Shown piece after piece: positions 1-12,310 of a stretch of 64,000 nt of DNA. This DNA comes from Amoebidium appalachense (lineage: Eukaryota > Protista > Ichthyosporea), in the NCBI GenBank assembly GCA_963693365.1, contig CAVNZM010000011.1, forward strand, positions 3,019,098-3,083,097. Reading direction: 5' to 3'. The translations under genes were made by a program, and so were the position numbers. The notes beneath the pieces were generated by a model, which saw nothing but the letters and a program-made list of their open reading frames with translations, did not search any database and was not told the origin of the DNA. Within the stretch, counting starts at the first letter, position 1; every line of letters begins with the position of its first letter.

Positions 1-423
1 GTGGAGTCGCGTGTTAAAATCACCTAAAATAACAGTGGACATTGGTAACTGTGACAACTCGTGAGTCAATTCGACAACCGACATAGATGGTGGGTAATAT
101 ACAAAAGTAAAAACATTAGAAAGAAACTCTATAGAAACCGAGAATTCCGTTTTTGCTACCGGTTTGCACTTCACTCTCACGTGTGGTGCGGCAAGTACAA
201 TAATGCCTCGGTTTTTCGCGTAACCGGGGTGTGTGGATGTGTCGACCAATGTAGAGTTGAATTTGTGGTGGTTTTTAAACTGTGTTTCGCAAATCACTGT
301 AAACGTGTGGTTGTTTGTCTGTTGTTGTATGTAGCTGATTTTATCGTCGAGTGTCCCGGGGGGGAGGCCCTTTTGGGGGCCCAGTGTCCGAGCATTCCAG
401 AAGAAGAAGGATAAATTAGGCAT
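1..423 (-). CDS. LINE ORF2, N-terminal apurinic/apyrimidinic-like endonuclease domain (partial, continues beyond window start)
   Basis: Not in the ORF track because it has no stop in the window. ATG at 423-421 opens 141 uninterrupted codons: MPNLSFFFWNARTLG...TVICETQF...NRGIIVLA...FVYYPPS...VILGDFNTRLH. These are the ordered APE motifs (WN, ET, G-V/I, YxPP, GDFN) of non-LTR retrotransposon ORF2. Confidence 0.9.
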   Translation of the reverse strand, partial: MPNLSFFFWNARTLGPQKGLPPGTLDDKISYIQQQTNNHTFTVICETQFKNHHKFNSTLVDTSTHPGYAKNRGIIVLAAPHVRVKCKPVAKTEFSVSIEFLSNVFTFVYYPPSMSVVELTHELSQLPMSTVILGDFNTRLH

Positions 424-1600
424 CGGTTTGGTCCGACACCTGTGGGGTTGGTTCCCACTTGTCGCTTACGGGGTCGTATGCACGACCTTCCGCCAGCGCG
501 AACAGTTCGCAGAAGAGCTCGATTTCCATCTCGCATCGGCGTTTGCGCTCGAGCAGTTTCTCACCAGAAAACATTGGTTCCTTCGTGTCCGTGTCTATCA
601 CGCTCGTAGCATCGTTTTCCAACTTTGCGAGGAACTCTTTTGCCTTGCTGATGCGTACACGACAACGTGTGGCGCACGCATTCTTAGCAGACACTTTACG
701 TTCTTTGTCTGCTTTCTGAATGTTTTCCGGCGCGCATGGGTCGTAGCTTGGGAGGTGGGTGAAGAAGCTTCCACACCCCTTTGTCGCGTCACGGATGAAC
801 GCACGGTTATAGTCGCCCCGTACTGCTACTTCCAGCACATCGTATCCAATGAAGGACAGACAAAGGATGCGAGAGCACCGGAAGCCGAGAGCCTTGAAGA
901 TGGACCACATGGCCCTGTGTGGGCGTCTGCCGTGCTTGACTTTGAAATACACCCTCTCGTATTTGGGTGGGATGTTGATGTTACCGTTTGCTTGGGTGTT
1001 CCCCTTAGCCGGCGGTTTGGGAGGGGAGTTGCGGCGGTACTCGTTGCCTGCAAGAATGCTGGCATATGTTTCCTTGGCAATTTGGCGGAGCTCGGGTGTT
1101 TTACGAGAGTTCGCATATTCTGGGAACTCTGCCGGGAGCTGTGCTTCCGGTCCTGTGTTGTTTTGTGTTGGGGTGGAAATGTCTCCGTCGCGAGATGTTT
1201 GCTCATGAGTTTTGGGGTTTTGCGATCCACTAATGTTTAGCTGGGCTGTGAGTGAATCAATGGTGAGCTTGAGTTGGGTATTTTCTGTTTGGAGTTTTTC
1301 TATCATGTTCTTGAGTGGTAACAGCTCATTTAGCTGTTTCTTAACGAGGGCAAGTTCTGCCAGTACTGTATCAACCGAAAGTTTCGGCATGGTTGTTATT
1401 GTGTTTCTACGGAGTGGTGTGGTGTTATTCTGAATGGGTAGTGTATTGTAAATAGGTGTTGCGCTTAGTCTAAGGCGATGTTTTTCTGGTTGTGCATCTG
1501 TGGTAGGTGTATCTGCTGGACGTTTTAATGGTCGCACATGTGTGATGGGTGTAGATGGAACTTTGAAAGAGGTTCTGAAACGATTATAGGCATGTGCCAT
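416..1600 (-). CDS. LINE ORF1 (coiled-coil nucleic-acid-binding protein), 394 aa
   Basis: Long non-repetitive ORF directly upstream of and overlapping ORF2. It has a heptad coiled coil (VLAELALVKKQLNELLPLKNMIEKLQTENTQLKLTIDSLTAQL), a TYASIL motif, and a C-terminal block (ALGFRCSRILCLSFIGYDVLEVAVRGDY...SYDPCAP) that resembles, from memory, ORF1 of LINEs of early-diverging fungi. The true start could be a downstream Met (e.g. MPKLSV). Confidence 0.8.
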   Translation of the reverse strand: MAHAYNRFRTSFKVPSTPITHVRPLKRPADTPTTDAQPEKHRLRLSATPIYNTLPIQNNTTPLRRNTITTMPKLSVDTVLAELALVKKQLNELLPLKNMIEKLQTENTQLKLTIDSLTAQLNISGSQNPKTHEQTSRDGDISTPTQNNTGPEAQLPAEFPEYANSRKTPELRQIAKETYASILAGNEYRRNSPPKPPAKGNTQANGNINIPPKYERVYFKVKHGRRPHRAMWSIFKALGFRCSRILCLSFIGYDVLEVAVRGDYNRAFIRDATKGCGSFFTHLPSYDPCAPENIQKADKERKVSAKNACATRCRVRISKAKEFLAKLENDATSVIDTDTKEPMFSGEKLLERKRRCEMEIELFCELFALAEGRAYDPVSDKWEPTPQVSDQTDA

Positions 1601-2469
1601 GACATGGATGGGGGTGTTCCCCGGCCCTTAGGGCCACGGATGGCCTGGTTTAGGGGTGGATGCGCGAAGGATACTATTTATTAGCAGATAATAAAGAGCG
1701 ACATTTGAATCGATGTGAATGTATTTGTACATGCTAGGCAACAATGAGCGCCATCGTAGTATCTGACACCCCTATTACATATTATGGGTAAGCAGAGGCT
1801 AGCATCGGTAGCTCCGAAAGAAAGTTAAGGCACCGGATCACAATATCATACTGTGCATTCAATTAATTCGAAGACTCCGGTTGTGTTTTCACAACCAGCC
1901 TCCGCATGAAGAAGCTACTACTGGCGTACGCGTGAGTCCCAAAGGTTAAAACCGTAGTTCCTAATAACTTTGCACACTGTCAACACATTCGGCTTGTTAC
2001 ATGGTTTTTTTTCTCCCCCTTCTTGTGAACACTTTTCTTGTGCTTTTTAAGTTCTTTTTTGCAGGATCACGTTTGGGGACAGTTTGGGGCCATCCGGCGA
2101 TCCAATCAGAAGAGGCCAAAAAGGTCTTTGGCCAATCACAGAAGTGATTGTTGATTTCGGCTAATGAAAACTTTCTAAATCGCAGATCGATGAAAGCACT
2201 GGCTTTCAATGCCAATGGAATTCTTGATAGTTTTTGATTCTTTGATAGGCGGAGCACCTTTTGGTGTACGCATGAGATGACAAGGTGCCACTGATAAGGC
2301 GTTTTCATTGACAGAGTCGCATTCCAAAGACCTCAAATAATATGGTGGTAATTCTTTTCCCCACCTCGTCATGGTTGGTTGTATATCACACATCTGGGTT
2401 GCCATCTGCTTACGTCTTCTACTCATGCTCTGGTACGATTGCAATTGGCTGTTACCATATTCGTCATCT

Positions 2470-3450
2470 GGTTTTGGTTTTATCATATTTTATCATATTT
2501 GCATATTTGTCGTATGACTGGTATGTATTATAATGATTTGGTATGATTTGTTATGATTCTTGACTAGTATTATGATTCTGCTGATTTGGTATTGGTCATA
2601 TGATTTGGTTTTATCATATTTTATCATATTTGCATATTTGTCGTATGACTGGTATGTTGCCGCTTGACTAGTATTATGATTTGTTGCTATCATAATGATT
2701 TGGTATGCCATGATTGGTTGCTATTCTTGACTAGTTTTTTGATTTGTTGCTATCATAATGATTTGGTATGATTTGTTACGATTCATATTGATTTGTTGCT
2801 ATCATAATGATTTGGTATGATTTGCTGCTATCATAATGATTTGGTATGATTTGCTGCTATCATAATGATTTTGGTATGATTTGCTGCTATCATAATGATT
2901 GGGTAGTGATTTGTTGCTATCATAATGATTTGGTATGATTCATAATGATTTGCTATGATTTGGTATGATTCATAATGATTTGCTATGATTTGCTGCTATC
3001 ATAATGATTTGGTATGATTTGGTATGATTCATAATGATTTGCCAATGTGCTATGATTTGTTATAATTCATCTCTATCATATTGATTTGGTATGATTTGTT
3101 ACTATCATCTCTATCATATTGATTTGGTATGATTCATCATGATTCATCTCTCTCTCACTATCATCATGATTTGTTCTTCTCACTACTAGTACTATCATCA
3201 TGATCTGTCACTAGCATACCTTGGCCCATGTTTCTATCATCATGACCCGTTCTTCTCGCTTCCACCATCATGATCTGTCACTATCATACCTTGGCCCATG
3301 TTTCAGTCATCATCATGGCCCGTTCGTCTCAATTCCACCAAAATGATGGGTTATGACTCATCTTCATTTTGTTATCATCTCTAGATCTATCATCATGATT
3401 TGTTATGACTCATCTCCATTTTGTTATGATTCTTCTCACTTCCACCAAAA
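2470..3450. repeat. AT-rich ATGAT/ATCAT minisatellite array
   Basis: Repeated ~29-bp unit ATCATAATGATTTGGTATGATTTG(C/T)TGCT (clearest at 2680-3040). Also a ~53-bp duplication at ~2474-2526/2604-2656, and CATCATGATCTGTCACTA...CCTTGGCCCATGTTTC twice at ~3196-3304. Confidence 0.85.
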
Positions 3451-3779
3451 TGGCCTGTCTCCGCCACATCATCACCCTATTCGCTTTTATCACATTCCAC
3501 ATTCCACATTCCACATTCCCCTCTTTGGCTACCACATTCCCCTCTTGGGCTACCACATTCCACATTCCACTTCATCACCCGTCCCAATCATCATGCCATG
3601 CCCTGTTCTTCTCACACACACCACACACCCCTGTCGATGGATCATCCACCATCACCCTTAGCTGTTCAGAAAAAAAAACAAGAAAAAAAACCCCCACTCA
3701 CTCAATTTTTTTTGGGGGGGGGGTATCGCCCCTATCACCGTGCCCATGCCCTTCAAGTTAGCCCCCCGCACGCATGCTC

Positions 3780-4913
<1,134 letters not shown>

Positions 4914-6370
4914 TGTTATTTTGTGTGGGTAAACGGAGAAGCAGAGAGCACAGATGGGTGTTATGTTATACACAACACAGAGACACACGGGAGAAACATA
5001 ACCGGAGAGGTGGAACGATTTCTGGAACCATAGGAAATGAATTCGACTGCTTGATATTTATTTCAAGATGAAGTTCCTTTTATACTCAGGAATGTGAAAT
5101 CGATAAGCCAATCAAAAGAACGAAAACTCTATTATCCAATCAGAAAGACGAAAACTATGAGGGTAAAATAAATCGATCGAAATGCCTGTCGACACATAGA
5201 AGATAAAACGCAATCTCCTAATGAAAGAAATCTTCTAATGAAAGTACGGAAACATTTAACAAAATGAAACCACTTATGTATCTATTAGTTCATATCATAT
5301 ATTTATACATGTTCTTAACATAACAAGTCTAAATATAAGCATTCCTAATAGTTGGGGAACATAGAGCAATGCTACGTCGTGGGAAAAGAAGGAAAAGGGA
5401 TGAGGATAGAAAGGAATGGAATGGGAAAGGAATCGAATAGAATTAATGAGGAATGTAGGTTACTATATTTGGGAAAATATAACGAGATATCTGATTGGAT
5501 GACTTATTTAGACATTGACGCAAACAACAATACGTGTGCGCGGGCTAAATAGCTCGATGTGTACACAGATCTAAGATATTTGTGCACACGGAAACAGAAA
5601 GGAAAGAAAGAAAGGAAGAAAGGAAAAGGAAAAAGGAAACAAACTACAACAAACTAATAAACATATATAAAAACTCAACTTCTAAGTCTTGCCGTTAATC
5701 ATGGGAAGATGACACCCCCCCCACCCGCTCGGAATATCATCGAACGTCTACTCTTTTTCACTCGCACTTTTGCCGTCCCCCAAATTGAGCAGCCCGCGCA
5801 TGGAATAGCCCTCTTCCGCACCCTCGCCCTCCTGCTGGTCAGGGGCCATCTGGGGGGGCACGGACCGGCCTATCTGTATTGCAACCCTGACGAAGTGCCC
5901 TGTCGCCCAATCGGGGATGTACATCCACCCGCCCTGACCGTCACCGTTCTGATTGCAAACCGACACGTATTTAAAAATGGCTCGGGGGCCCCCGAGGCAT
6001 CTGCATTGAGGAAAGGTCGAGATTCTGCAGGTGTCTCTGTCTCGACGGGTCCAGTCCTGTTCTGCAGGACTCCGAGCCATCGGGCCAGGAAGCAATGCCC
6101 ACAGAGGTAGACGTTGAGGCCACACATGCAGTCCAGAAGCATGGCACGCCGGTAGCCCTCCTGGTGGGTCTTCCGGCCACCCAGGCTGACATGGATTCGC
6201 TTCTCACCAATCTCCTGTTGGGAATGCATAATTATTAGCCAGGTACTAACGGGAAACAAACAAATACAGTAATCACAGGCTCTCCCCTACATAAGTGAAA
6301 CAACTTGGATATGTCTGTGTGGTGTGGTGGCGCCCCTGTGTGTGTGTGTGACACTGTGTATGTGTGTGTG

Positions 6371-6406
<36 letters not shown>

Positions 6407-6410
<4 letters not shown>

Positions 6411-7011
6411 ATGTGCTGAGCTGATTCGTATTAGTTTACTTCTATATTTTGTGTTTTGGTGAGTTAATTTCGGGGGTTTTCTTGCATAGTGATGCCGGGG
6501 TCTAAATGGGGTATGAGGAGATTAATCAGTGGTATGGGGAGAATCTGATGCAGCGGCGGCTGATTGTTTGGTGCGCGCGTGCATGCCCCATGCCTCTGCG
6601 TACTCTCCATGTTAAATGTTGTATTGCTTCTTGCTGTGTGCGTGGCGAGACCCATGTTGCCTGCTCGCGTGTGTGTATGCTTATATGTATTGTGAGTAAA
6701 CGTGTGTACGTGTTGTAGTGCTGTAGGGGTGTCTGAGGTCGCGGTAGCCAATGGTGTGGAGTGCGTGTAGTCTGTGGGGGAGGGAGTGTTGTGATTGGCT
6801 GAATGTCACTGTGGTATTTGTCTGGCCAGTGGGCCGCGTGTCTGTGAAGTGTCTCGCGGGGTCGCGGGCTTTTGGAAGTTCTTCTCAGAACACAAAAAAC
6901 TCGCTTCCCACCCAACTCAAAGAAAAGTTTATACGTATACACGGTTTCGAGCCCCTTTAAGCGTGCAGATAGTTAGAGTAGTTCATATACACTCTGTTTG
7001 TTGCCACGACA
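6407..7011 (+). repeat. 5' LTR (605 bp)
   Basis: TGTCATGTGCTGAG...TTGCCACGACA. It differs from the 3' copy by 2 substitutions and one 4-bp indel that I could find by eye. Confidence 0.9.
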
Positions 7012-7125
7012 AGCTACACCCCCTTTCTCTGCAGTTTTTTGCAGGGAGGGGGCACACGCACTGTTAGTCCTTCTGGGCTGTTGCTTTCACCCCTAGTTTT
7101 TTTTTTTCTTTCACGCCTAGCGGTT

Positions 7126-7538
7126 ATGAGTGGCTTTGACTTAGGACTTTTTCGACAGTTAGAGGTAGAAGAAACATACGCACACACAGGCCTACAGCTA
7201 GCAACAGTTGGCATAGGCAACTTGAGCAGTAGGACTAGTATCACAGGGGACTTAGTCCTCGCTAAGGACCTTGACCTCCCTAGGTGACTTAGCAAGCTCA
7301 GGGCCGTTTGCCCAGCAGAGGCCTCAGAGGGGACCGGCGGCAGTCACCCTCCCCACGGCGCTACCAGCCCTACCAGCCACGGCCACAACGGGATAACAGA
7401 TGGGCCAGGCTGGCGTCTTTGGGGCGGGACAGCAAGAGCCGGCGCCAGGCTCTTTCCCAGGCACCTGTGACAACTGCAAGGAGCGGGGGCAACGCGTGGT
7501 GTAAACAGCCCCGTCGTGGGGGGCAGGGACGTCGGTGA
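7126..7538 (+). pseudogene. Degenerate gag remnant with broken CCHC zinc knuckle
   Basis: ATG at 7126 opens a short frame that stops at 7287. It is followed by an Arg/Pro/Gln-rich stretch and FPGTCDNCKERG(Q) (Cys at 7466), which continues after a frameshift as AWCKQPRRGG. This fits a decayed CX2CX4HX4C. Confidence 0.45.
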
Positions 7539-8496
7539 CCGTGTTGCTGGTATGAAGGTTTTATTAGGGGGTAGGCCATCTCTTGGGTTGTTGTTGTTGT
7601 AATACTATGGGAGTAACTGTTGTGTGGTGTTATTTTTCGGCGAGTTTTCTACTGGTGCCTGGCGTTTTCGACGTGTGTATGAGTCCTGTGTTGGCGACGT
7701 GTGTGGTTAGGGTCAGTGGAATAGAAAGTCCTGCTGCTGTCTGGGAGCTCGGCCCTCTGACGAGGGGGCTGGGGGGGGGTCGAAGTGTAGTCATGGCAGT
7801 GGCAGGCCCCCACTGTTGTGAACGCCCGTCGTCAAAGGGCCTGGTGCTGAGGCCCCTTGGAGTGGCTGCCCTGGGCCTGGTGTTGAGGCCCTTTGGAGTG
7901 GCTGCCCGTAGTGTTGTTGAGTAGTGTTGTGGTGCCCAGTGCAGCAGTAGGCCTTAGACACACCGCTGGGTAGGGCACGGTTGGGGCGGAGGCATTCCCA
8001 AACCACCGGGACCTACGTAGTAGGAGTCTTTGTCGGGTAGAGGAATGGCCAGCAAGAGAGTCTGGAGGTGTACGTCACATGAGTCTGGAGGTGTTCGTCA
8101 CGGCATGTTTGGTTGTGTTAGGAATTCTTTGGGGATGGGGCATGCTGAGTGTGGTTGTATGGATGGTGTCTGTTATCATGTCTGTTGCTATGTTCCACTC
8201 GATATAACATTGTGCCAGGGGCATGGGGTTTTGGGTGCAGATTGTGGACGGGGGCAGAGGTGCATCTACAGGGCAACGTCAGTGGCGGTTCATAATTATC
8301 CTTGTTTTGGGGTTGGGTTGGGTATTAACCATGGTGGGGTGGTGTGTGGATGTATGTATATGTTTTATGTTATATGTTAAATGTTGCTTCCTGCATGGGT
8401 AGCGGTAGTTGTAGTCGCTCAGCACATAACTTTATTTTGTTTTTAGGTAGTTTTTACTGAGGTGGAACTCAGTTATTTTCTGTGCGAGGGGGGAGT

Positions 8497-9097
8497 TGTC
8501 ATGTGCTGAGCTGATTCGTATTAGTTTACTTCTATATTTTGTGTTTTGGTGAGTTAATTTCGGGGGTTTTCTTGCATAGTGATGCCGGGGTCTAAATGGG
8601 GTATGAGGAGATTAATCAGTGGTATGGGGAGAATCTGATGCAGCGGCGGCTGATTGTTTGGTGCGCGCGTGCATGCCCCATGCCTCTGCGTACTCTCCAT
8701 GTTAAATGTTGTATTGCTTCTTGCTGTGTGCGTGGCGAGACCCATGTTGCCTGCTCGCGTGTGTGTATGCTTATATGTATTGTGAGTAAACGTGTGTACG
8801 TGTTGTAGTGCTGTAAGGGTGTCTGAGGTCGCGGTAGCCAATGGTGTGGAGTGCGTGTAGTCTGTGGGGGAGGGAGTGTTGTGATTGGCTGAATGTCACT
8901 GTGGTATTTGTCTGGCCAGTGGGCCGCGTGTCTGTGAAGTGTCTCGCGGGGTCGCGGGCTTTTGGAAGTTCTTCTCAGAACACAAAAAACTCGCTTCCCA
9001 CCCAACTCAAAGAAAAGTTTATACGTATACACGGTTTCGAGCCCCTTTAAGCGTGCAGATAGAGTAGTTTATATACACTCTGTTTGTTGCCACGACA
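8497..9097 (+). repeat. 3' LTR (601 bp)
   Basis: Copy of 6407-7011 at offset 2090, preceded by the polypurine tract. Confidence 0.9.
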
Positions 9098-9213
9098 GTG
9101 TGTGTGTGTGTGTGTGTGCGTGCGTGAGTGTGTGCGTGTGTCTGTGTGCATGTGCGTGTGTGGTTTGTGCATGCGAATGTGTATGTGTATATGTGAGTGA
9201 GTGAGTGTGTGTG

Positions 9214-9277
<64 letters not shown>

Positions 9278-9407
9278 GCGTGCGTGCGTGCGTGCGTGCG
9301 TGCGTGTATGGTGTGTGTGTGTGCCTGCGCATGTGTGTGTGTGTGTGTGTATGCTTGGCCAGAGGTGTTTTTTTTTTTTTTTTTTTTTTTTTTTTTGGTG
9401 TGTGTGT

Positions 9408-9459
<52 letters not shown>

Positions 9460-10161
9460 GTAGTGACACACCGGTCCAGAGGGCTCTGCGCTTAGGTCCT
9501 CCACACGAAGGGACAGCACCTCATCCGCACGCAGCAAAAGGTGAAACGCAACGAGGTAGAGAGCCTGTGGGGTGATGGAGCATGATTAACAGTAGAATGC
9601 ATGATAGATCATGCAGCATTACGTTTTAGAGAAGACTTATAATACAAGCCCAACGTGGGATTAGAAGGATAAGGTGGATGCAAGAAAGTGAATATGATTA
9701 GCTGGTGTAGTCAGTAAGGGGTCAGTAAGGGTGAACGGGAACAGTCTTACTAAGTAGTGATGCATGGTGATTTCAAGGTGGCAGACATGTCTAGGTATTG
9801 GTCAAGGGATCGAGGGCACTTGGCAAGGCAAGGGTACTCTCTAACCAAGTCACCATGAAAACACAAAGAGAAGGCCATTCAATGGGAAAGTCTGCCTGGA
9901 CCGGGGGGGGGGGGGGGGGGGGGGTGCAGGGGGGGGGGGGATAAGACAGGCAAAGGAGAGGGGACGGGGAGAGGAGAGGGGGCCGGGGATGCATACCAAC
10001 ATCATCAGTGAGAAGTCGTTGGTAGCAGAGTCACCGTACAAGTACTTTACCCACGTGCTGAGAATAGACTCTCGCATAGGTTTAGCTGTGGTCATCAATA
10101 GTAAGTAAGAGGGCAACAAAATGGAGAATAAAAGGCGTGTGCACGAGTTGTGTGCGCGGGG

Positions 10162-10440
10162 GTGTGTATGTTGTAGATGGGGAAGTAGATGACACGGAGT
10201 GGTAATTTAATAATAATACTCGGGCGTGTATACCATGTATTTATAGTTAGGTAAATCCATAAAACCGTGTACAGGCAGTGTGTGGGTGTGTGTGTCTGTG
10301 TGTCTGTGTCTGTGTGTACGTGTGTATGTTGTAGATGGGGAAGTAGATGACACGGAGTGGTAATTTTATATTAATTCTCGGGCTTGTATCCCATGTATTT
10401 ATAGTTAGGTAAATCCCTTAAACCGTGTGCAGGCAGTGTG
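10162..10440. repeat. Diverged tandem duplication (~121 bp x2)
   Basis: GTGTGTATGTTGTAGATGGGGAAGTAGATGACACGGAGTGGTAATTT...CAGGCAGTGTG at 10162-10282 and 10320-10440, with several substitutions. The copies are separated by a TG-rich spacer. Confidence 0.85.
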
Positions 10441-11181
10441 AATAGAACCAGTGAGCTTCAAGTTACAAGGGTGCTCTGCCAACGTAGTTACACCAACGGA
10501 ACGGTGACCTAAGGAACGCATCACCACACGTTCATTTGCTAAACGTTGGTCTAGAATTCGAATGTAAAAATACACACTAGCGGACTTAGTCCCTGCCTTA
10601 GGCGTCCCAAGTAGCTATATGCGAAGTGGTTCGAGCCGGTGTATGGCTATGTGTTATAGTGGACACTGTGATCAATGGTACACGGTAATTGGTGAAGTGA
10701 GGTTTTCGATGGTCATACAAACCTTATTGTATCCGAAATTCAATAGCGTGGGCTAATCAACGAATCTGATAGGTCATAACTCAATAGCGGGGGTACATTC
10801 AAGGGATCTTATACGTCTAAATGTGATACATTCGGACCATTACATTGGGTGAGGATAAATCCAACATTCTTGAATAACAGATATATCGTGAGGAATAAAT
10901 TAATATTTAGTAAACCCATAGAAACTCCGGAAATGAGAAAAGGTTGGAAAGACTAAATTTAAGAAGAAATGACTAAAGAAACTACATATCTATCTATGGA
11001 AGCGGTGCTGGGTGTGTGTGCGCGGTGCCGGGTGTGTGCGCGCGAAGGTGAGATTTCGGTATGGTATTTGGGAATGTGGTCATGTTGCTGTGGATTGTGA
11101 TCAAAGTGTAGCGAACGAGCGCGATCGGATATTAATAGAGAGGAAAATAGGGAGGGAGAGAGGGAGAGGGAGGGAGGGAGG

Positions 11182-11218
<37 letters not shown>

Positions 11219-11370
11219 CAAAAGAAACAGAAAAAGAAAAAGAAAAAGGAAAAGGAAAGGAAAAGGAAAAAGAAGAGGAAAAAGATATGTGTGTCTGCAC
11301 ATGTGTGTGTGTGTGTGTGTGTGAGTTGGGAGTGAGGTGTGTGCATGCATTTGTACGTGTGTTTTTTTTT

Positions 11371-11401
<31 letters not shown>

Positions 11402-11539
11402 GTGCTACGTGTTTGTAGTGTGTTTGGGAAGAAAAGTTAGTGTTGATGTAATCGTGATCACATGGAAAACCATGAATGTGTGAGTGTGTGTGTGAGTGTG
11501 TGTGTGAGTGAGTGAGTGAGTGAGTGAGTGAGTGAGTGA

Positions 11540-11601
<62 letters not shown>

Positions 11602-11638
11602 CAGTGTGTGTGTGTGTGTGTGTGCGCGCCTGTGTCTG

Positions 11639-11681
<43 letters not shown>

Positions 11682-12234
11682 ATGTGTGTGTGAGTGTGTG
11701 TGTGTGTGTGCCCCTGTGTCTGTGTGTGTGTGTCTCTCTCTCTGTGTGTGTGTGTGTGTGTGTGCGCGCGCGGGTGTGTGTGCATTTGGGGGGGGGGGGG
11801 GGGTGCGCGTGCGCGTGTGTGTCTCTTGTGTGTGTGTGCGTGTGTGTGCCGAATTTTCTCAATAACGATGCAAACATCAGGCAGCCATGTACCTTGTTTG
11901 ATGGTGACACCAGCCTTCACCTTGCGCCGGAGTAGGGATCTCATAAACATGGTCACCTGCATTACGTGGTTATTGATTAGCAGCTGGGTACCGTGCTTCA
12001 TTAAAAGTGCAGAAAGAGTGCTAGAGCTCTAAATGAAGAAAGGACGAACTTGCATAAAGCAGCTAAAACTAAGCATGTCAAATGCATTAACAAGCACATC
12101 GATGTGACAGGGTTGGAAGATAGGATATGATGTGCTTGGGGGTTTTTTATTTTTATTTTTTTTCCCGCGGGGGGGGGGGGGGGGGGGGGGGAGGGAGGGA
12201 GGGAGGGGAGGGGGAGAAAAGGGGTTTCAGGATG

Positions 12235-12310
<76 letters not shown>

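Larger units (their letters stand above)
1..1650 (-). mobile_element. Non-LTR retrotransposon (LINE), 5' portion
   Basis: ORF1 followed by APE-ORF2, both without stops. The 5' boundary is approximate and no target-site duplication can be tested because the 3' end lies outside the window. Confidence 0.8.
6407..9097 (+). mobile_element. Non-autonomous LTR retroelement (2691 bp)
   Basis: Two near-identical ~600-bp direct repeats with TGTC...GACA termini. A polypurine tract GAGGGGGGAG sits just before the right repeat (8486-8495). GTGTG flanks both ends. The 1485-bp interior has no pol ORF. Confidence 0.9.

Noticed and set aside
428-1240. 270-aa plus-strand ORF
   Set aside because: Antisense shadow of LINE ORF1 with no recognisable motifs.
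1626-1656. TTAGGG/TTTAGGG-like words at the LINE 5' end
   Set aside because: Only two isolated copies, so not a telomeric array or demonstrable target site.
2680-3040. Regularly spaced ~29-bp repeats as a CRISPR array
   Set aside because: Head-to-tail units with no unique spacers, eukaryotic context and no cas genes.
6464-9067. Duplicated small ORFs (95, 138, 70 aa) at 6464-6960 and 8554-9067
   Set aside because: They lie inside the two LTRs. Their identity reflects the LTR duplication, not gene paralogy.
9791-9896. Possible extra recombinase exon (ADFPIEWPSLCVFM...)
   Set aside because: Skipping it gives the better family-like junction SLMML|[12 protein letters not shown], and including it would interrupt that helix.
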